From Octopus vulgaris (lineage: Eukaryota): DNA of 64,000 nucleotides. The translations under genes and the position numbers were made by a program. Shown one piece after another: positions 57,001 through 64,000 of the stretch. The notes beneath the pieces are model-generated. The model was given only the letters and a program-made list of their open reading frames with translations. It did not search any database and was not told the DNA's origin. Numbering within the stretch: position 1 is the first letter of the stretch; every line of letters starts with the position of its first letter. Location: positions 42,408,001-42,472,000 of the forward strand of contig OX597829.1 in the NCBI GenBank assembly GCA_951406725.2, written 5' to 3'.

Positions 57001-57598
57001 TTGCTCCGCCTGTATTTTTTTCCGAACTAATTTGGGAACGGTTTTGAGAATTTTTCCTCTACATTCCATTTTATTATTGTTTTTTTTATTTTTATTTTTG
57101 TTTTTTATTTATATTTATTTTTACATCAAAGCAATCACATTAAACTCGCTGATGGCTAAATAACGATTTCTTCTTCTTTTTTTGTGTTTTTTGTGTGTTT
57201 TTTGTCGTTATGCAGTTTTTTTGTTTCCGAATTATCTTTTCTTTGTACAAAAGAATGTTGACCACCATTCTCAGAAAAGTTTGTCTTTTGTTTTGATCCG
57301 TATATATTATTATTATTTTTTGTGTATATTGTTGTTGTTGTGGTTGTTTTTTCATTTTTGTTTGTTTCTTTTTGTTTTATTGTTCCTTTGATTGTTTGTT
57401 GTTTGTTTGGGGTTTTTTTTTTGTGTGTATATTTGTTTGTCTTTTACTCTTATTTGTCTTTATATTAATTTCCGGGTTATTGTGTTAAAATCGTAAATCG
57501 TACAGGAGAAATACGGATTCCGCGATGAAAGGATAAATTATTCATATCTTTTGGTTTAGCAACAACTGAAATCAATTTATTGACTAGCATCTTTGTTT

Positions 57599-57600
<2 letters not shown>

Positions 57601-57686
<86 letters not shown>

Positions 57687-57789
57687 ACACACACACAAAT
57701 ACATACACACAAACACACACACACACACACAAACACACAAACACATACACACACACAAACACACACAAAAACACACACACACAAACACA

Positions 57790-57828
<39 letters not shown>

Positions 57829-57927
57829 ACACACACGCACAAACACACAAGCACACAAAAACACAAGCACACAAAAACACACACACGCACACGACTTCAT
57901 ATACACAGATACACAGAGACTCACATA

Positions 57928-57984
<57 letters not shown>

Positions 57985-58255
57985 ACAGACATACACACAC
58001 ACACAAGCACACAAAAACACACACACGCACACACTTCACATACACATATACACAGAGACACACATAGACACACACACACACACATACACACACACATACA
58101 TACACACACACAAAAGCACACACACAAACACATACACACACACAGACACACACACACACATAAACACAAGCACACAAACACACACACACGCACACGACTT
58201 CATATACACAGACACACAGAGACTCACATAGACACACACACACACACACACACTC
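57601..58255. repeat. (CA)n-derived array with an internal duplication
   Basis: CACGACTTCATATACACAGA..CACAGAGACTCACATAGAC occurs at ~57890 and ~58193. Confidence 0.95.
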
Positions 58256-58363
58256 GCTCCATTACTCAGTCACCCACGCTCGAATACACATGAACACATA
58301 AAGCTAAACATACATATACACATAATTGGATATATCATATAGGTACGTACAGATGAACACACA

Positions 58364-58397
<34 letters not shown>

Positions 58398-59135
58398 GAA
58401 CACATACATAGATATCGGATTTATGTGTACGTGTGAAAATGTACATGTGTATGTTTATGTGCATAAGTGTATGTATAAACACATAAGCATACGTTTGCAC
58501 ACCCGTACACACACACACACACACATACACACACACAAACACACACACACACACACACACAGAGTATATATAAAATCATATATATGTGCATGTACGTATG
58601 TCCACACACCTCGAAAAAAATATGTTGCTATTTATGCCTCAGGTCATCACTGATCTAGGATCAAAGAGACCTAGGATCAAAGAGACTTCGGATCAAAGAG
58701 GCTCCAACCGTGACCATCACGTGTCTTCCTTTTGGGCATTGGTGTGTGCGTAGAATTACGTTTCCAGCATGAGATTTTCATTCTTTCAGAACTAGAACGG
58801 GATTTGACGAAAATATATTTGCTATTTCCTATATTTTTATGTTAGTCTTCTTAAAACACTCTTATTGGTTAGATCATATTTATACATAAAAATAACCTAA
58901 ATACATACCGGGATACACAGAAGCAAAATATTGTATTTGGCTGGAATTGGTAAAATAGTTATTATGATAATCACCCGCAATTCAACATACGTACTACCAT
59001 CAGTACGAGATTCTGCCTTATGGTATTGAAAGTGGATAATAATTATGACTTAAGACAAGTTATGATAAGCAACATGCCAATCCAAATATAACAGCCTCTT
59101 ATATATATATTTTTTGAACAGACTAGAAAATATAT

Positions 59136-59606
<471 letters not shown>

Positions 59607-59847
59607 ATATTAGAAAATATATGTTGATTTATAGAAGCCAGCTCGATTATAATTGTGGACATTTTTCTTTTTTGTTTTACAATCTACGTGAAATAATATT
59701 TACAGACAGCTGCTTCGGAATCAAGATTTGATTTTTTTTTCTTTGTTTTACTGATTAGTTTGTTACATATATTTCATATTTATTGTTCCACATGAATTTT
59801 GCTCATGGCTATAACTGTTTGTTCAGCAAAAAAAAAAAAAAAAAAAA

Positions 59848-60008
59848 GGCCGTGTGGTATGTAGGTTACTTACCAACCACATGGTTCCGGGTTCAGTCCC
59901 ACCACTGCGTGGCACTTTCGGTAGGTGTCTTCTACTAAAGCCTGGAGCCAACCAAAACCTTCTGAATGGATTTGATGGACAGAAATTGAAAGAAGCCCAT
60001 CATATATG

Positions 60009-60043
<35 letters not shown>

Positions 60044-60527
60044 TTCTGTTTGTCCCGTCACCATCGCTAGACAACCGATGCTGGTGCGTTTACGTCCTTG
60101 TAACTTGGCAGTTTGGCAAAGGATAACGATAGAATAAGTATTAGGCTTATTACTGGAGTCGATTTGCTCGACTAAAGGTGGTACTCTTGTACGGCCGCAG
60201 ACAAATGACAGAAACAAGTAAAAGAATAAAAGAAACAAAAAAAAAACAAAACAAAAAAAAGCCAAAATGATGAGGCAACACGCTCTTCTTCGCAACTAAG
60301 TGAAACATTAAAATATTTTCTGTTATTCTTTTACTTGTTTCAGTGATCCGACTGCGGCCATGCTGGAGCACCACTTTAAAGGGTTTTAGCCGTAGAAATT
60401 GACTTCAGGACTTATCCTTCGTAAGCCTTGTACTCATTCTATCGGATCTCTTTTTCTGAACCGCTAAGTTACAAGAACGTAAACACACCAACATCGATTG
60501 TCAAGCGATGGTGGCGGGATAAGCACA

Positions 60528-60595
<68 letters not shown>

Positions 60596-60749
60596 TACAC
60601 ACACACACACATATGACGAGATTATTTCAGTTACCAAATCCACTCACAAGGCTTTGGTCGGCCTAAAGCTATAGTAGAAGACATTTTGCCCAAAGTGCCA
60701 TGCTATAGAATTGAACCCGGAACCATGTGGTTGGGAAGCAAACGTTTTA

Positions 60750-60755
<6 letters not shown>
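59848..60755. mobile_element. Tail-to-tail pair of diverged family A SINEs (+ 59848-60235, - 60325-60755)
   Basis: Family A blocks in both orientations. Confidence 0.8.
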
Positions 60756-60789
<34 letters not shown>

Positions 60790-60802
<13 letters not shown>

Positions 60803-61424
60803 AAACTGTAGTTGTGTGAGTGTCTGTCCCCTTCGATTTAGATTCCTAACTACTCCCACATTTTGCGGTGCAGTTTAACCAAATTCGGGTATCTTATAGT
60901 CGTGATTTATATCGAGCCCGTCTGGGTATTAGCGCGCGTCTACGATGAGTCTATGATTTAAAAAATAATTTGACATCATTTTTTATTCCATTTTAATGCA
61001 TATTTTTTCGTGTGTCGATGGCGGCGGAGTTGGCGTCCACGCTCACACCTGCACCTGTGGGGAAGGGAGTGTAAGGAAATCAACGTCGTAATGCGTTGTC
61101 AAGGAGACCAGCGTTCTTTTAGAACAACTACTTCATGGCTTGAAGACACCAAAACAGAAATGGCTAAGAAAGCGTCTACATGAGTCTACGATTTAAAAAA
61201 AAATTTACCATCATTTTTTCCATTTTAATGCATTTTTTCGCTATTATATAAGGGAAGTAACTCTCTAAAAATGTCTACGATGAGTCAACGATTTAAAAAA
61301 AATTACCATCATTTTTTATTCCATTTTTAATGCATTTTTTTGCTATTTTTTTGCTATAACTCTCTAAAAATGCTTATATAGTTATTTCCCTTACAAATCC
61401 GAGCAACGCCGGGTGATACTGCTA

Positions 61425-61425
<1 letters not shown>
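60790..61425 (+). mobile_element. Non-autonomous Helitron-type element, longer relative of the 20815 copy
   Basis: Shared body and 3' hairpin plus CTAG|T; three GTCTACGATGAGTCTACGATTT-type units; 5' end lost in (TA)n. Confidence 0.85.
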
Positions 61426-61487
<62 letters not shown>

Positions 61488-61766
61488 ACTTTATTCTCAT
61501 TTGGCTAATTCTTATTTATATGTGGTTCTAACTTTATTATCCTTTTTTTTACTTTTGACTATTTTTGCTTTTATTACTCTTGTCTTTTGCTTCCATTGTC
61601 TTTTACTTCCAGTGTGATGTAACTCTTTGGACTAACAATGTTTACGGCGGCAGAGAGCTTTAAACCATCCTTTATATCAATAATACGCTGATGTAAGAAC
61701 GGATTGTTTATAAAGCTTGAAACACCTGTACCGCGATATCTTTTGTGTTCTGTTTTTGATTTTATT

Positions 61767-61842
<76 letters not shown>

Positions 61843-62054
61843 GTCTACACACACACACATATAATTTTTCTAAAGTTCAACGTTTTTTGCTGTCTGAATT
61901 CAAGCGACGATGGTTCTCCATTTACTGTTAGAAATTAACTTCTTCCATAATGGAAGAATTCATATAATAGAGAAATGAATAGAATATACTACATTTAAAC
62001 ACACTGACATATATTGATGCATGTTTGTGTATGTGTGTATACATTATACATATG

Positions 62055-62725
62055 CTTGTGCGGTAAGAAGCTTGCTTCCCGATTACATAGTTCCGAGTTC
62101 AGTCCTATCACATGGCACCTTGGACAAGTATCCTTTACTATGGCCTTGGACCGACCAAAGCCTTGTGAGTGGATTTGGCAGACGGAAACTGAAAGAAGCT
62201 AATATTATGTATATATGTATATATGTATATATATGTATGTATATATACGTTTCTTTACTACCCACAAGGGGCTAAACATAGAGGGGACAAACAAGGACAG
62301 ACACACGGATTAAGTCGATTTTATCGACCCCAGTGCGTAACTGGTACTTAATTTATCGACCCCGAAAGGATAAAAGGCAAAGTCGACCTCGGCGGAATTT
62401 GAACTCAGAACGTAGCGACGGGCGAAATACCGCGAAGCACTTCGCCCGGCGTGCTAACGTCTCTGCCAGCTCGCCGCCTATATGTATGTATATATATTTG
62501 TGTATGTGTGTGTGAGCGTGTGCGCGCGCGCGTGGTTGTACTCCATCACTGCTTGTTGGTTTGTTTAGATTCTCCTAATATAGCGGTCCGGCAAAAAAGA
62601 GGAAATAAAATAAATGGCAGACATTTTATTAAAGAAAAATTACAGCGGTCGATTCCTTCGAATAAAAACATTCAAGGAAGTGCCTCAGTATAGCAATCCA
62701 GTGACAGAAACAAGTAAAAGATAAA
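62055..62725. mobile_element. Family B SINE (-, 62250-62479) nested in a diverged + strand family A SINE
   Basis: Family A head at 62055-62205 and 3' half at 62540-62725 flank the family B copy. Confidence 0.8.
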
Positions 62726-63049
62726 CAATATATCAATCTATTTATCTGTATTTGTTTTAAAGAATTCAGTCATAAACTGGAAGCATCAACTTCTAAACGT
62801 TTTTTAGTCGATCAATAAAACATTGTATTGGCGCAAAAGTTCACTTTTTTTTTTTATCGACACTAAACTTCAAGTAGTCTATTATGTAAGCCACTTCAGC
62901 ATATTCTTTGCACATGTGCACTCGTTAGCTATTTGAAACTCCGATGTAGTTTGACGCGAACTTGGGACAAGACAGATTGTATTGACTCTGAAAATGGAGA
63001 ACCCAAACAAACTTCATCGACATCAGCCCCCGTTATGCGACCAGGATGA

Positions 63050-63985
63050 TTGCAAACATTCTCCAAATATCCTTAGCTCTGATAATGTTATCTGCTTGCT
63101 TGGCGTTGAAGTGATCCTCGAGGGCCAACCTCACTGCCAACACATCAGTTGCAATGTCTTTCCTAAGCGCCTCTTCTAGCTTTCTCATTAAATCACCCTC
63201 TAATCTCTTTACTTTTTTTTTTTACACTTTTTACTTGTTTCAGTCATTTGACTGCGGCCATGCTGGAGCACCGCCTTTAATCGAGGAAATCGACCCCGGG
63301 ACTTATTCTTTGTAAGCCCAGTACTTATTCTATCGGTCTCTTTTGCCGAACCGCTAAGTGACGGGGACGTAAACACACCAACACACCAGCATCGGTTGTC
63401 AAGCAATGCTAGGGGGACAAACACAGTCACACAAACATATACACACACACATACATATATATATATATACATATATACGACAGACTTCTTTCAGTTTCCG
63501 TCTACCAAATCCACTCACAAGGCATTGGTCGGCCCGGGGCTATAGCAGAAGACACTTGCCCAAGATGCCACGCAGTGAGAGTGAACCCGGAACCATGTGG
63601 TTGGTTAGCAAGCTACTTACCACACAGCCACTCCTGCGCCTATTTCTTTCTACAGCTAAAACTTTGCTAAATCTAATTGATTCTACTTTGATGGCCCTTT
63701 TTAGGTTATACCACCATTTATTGTTGGACTATTGATTCCGTCAAAGCTTTCTGAAGCTTTCCGGTATGTGTAAGCTTGGCACGCCGGGAGTGACGTGTTC
63801 AGCAACCGAGGCCCTGTCTGCATATGCTACTTAAGTTGACCTTACAGATCACCTATTTGTGATCTGTGTAGCCGACTATTTGAAATTGTGGACATATAAT
63901 ACTATCCCTATCTAAAGACCTGAAAAATACTCTATCTCGATACGATCTGGATGTTCTGATGCGGTTTGCCCAATCTGCTTGGCCA
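63050..63985 (-). mobile_element. Decayed L1/Tx1-like LINE ORF2 (APE endonuclease C-terminus and linker), split by a SINE
   Basis: WANRIRTSRSYRDRVFFR...IVGYTDHK (SDH-type motif)...NKWWYNLKRAIKVESIRFSKVLAVERN | RLEGDLMRKLEEAL...ALEDHFNAKQADNIIRAK. Confidence 0.75.
63206..63640 (-). mobile_element. Family A SINE, full length
   Basis: Near-identical to the 35358 copy. Confidence 0.9.
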
Positions 63986-64000
63986 CAAAAATAACGTAAA

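Noticed and set aside
58655-58702. Three ~16-bp units containing GGATCAAAGAG
   Set aside because: Simple tandem duplication without spacers; not CRISPR-like, and no cas genes in this eukaryotic DNA

Overview
AT-rich, microsatellite-saturated animal DNA that is intronic or intergenic. The SINE repertoire points to an octopus (coleoid cephalopod) genome; this is an inference. No intact protein-coding gene is visible, and almost every ORF in the track is translated microsatellite or SINE. Recognisable content: (1) more than 30 tRNA-derived SINE copies from four families, here called A-D. (2) Decayed LINEs: an R4/Dong-like RT, two RTE-like 3' fragments, and L1/Tx1-like pieces. (3) Tc1/mariner fragments and one MITE. 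(4) Five non-autonomous Helitron-type elements. (5) Many (TA)n-embedded Penelope/retrozyme-like remnants with direct or inverted terminal repeats. The two best signals are non-coding RNAs. One is a canonical type I hammerhead ribozyme (26874-26967) inside a 468-bp unit with 62-bp terminal redundancy, with several variant-core hammerhead-like motifs elsewhere in the window, one of them fused to a tRNA-like head. The other is a unique hairpin at 30135-30226 with pri-miRNA geometry and Microprocessor motifs. Two isolated candidate + strand exons (8451 and ~45900) could belong to a host gene, but I could not identify it. All calls are by eye and need database or experimental confirmation.
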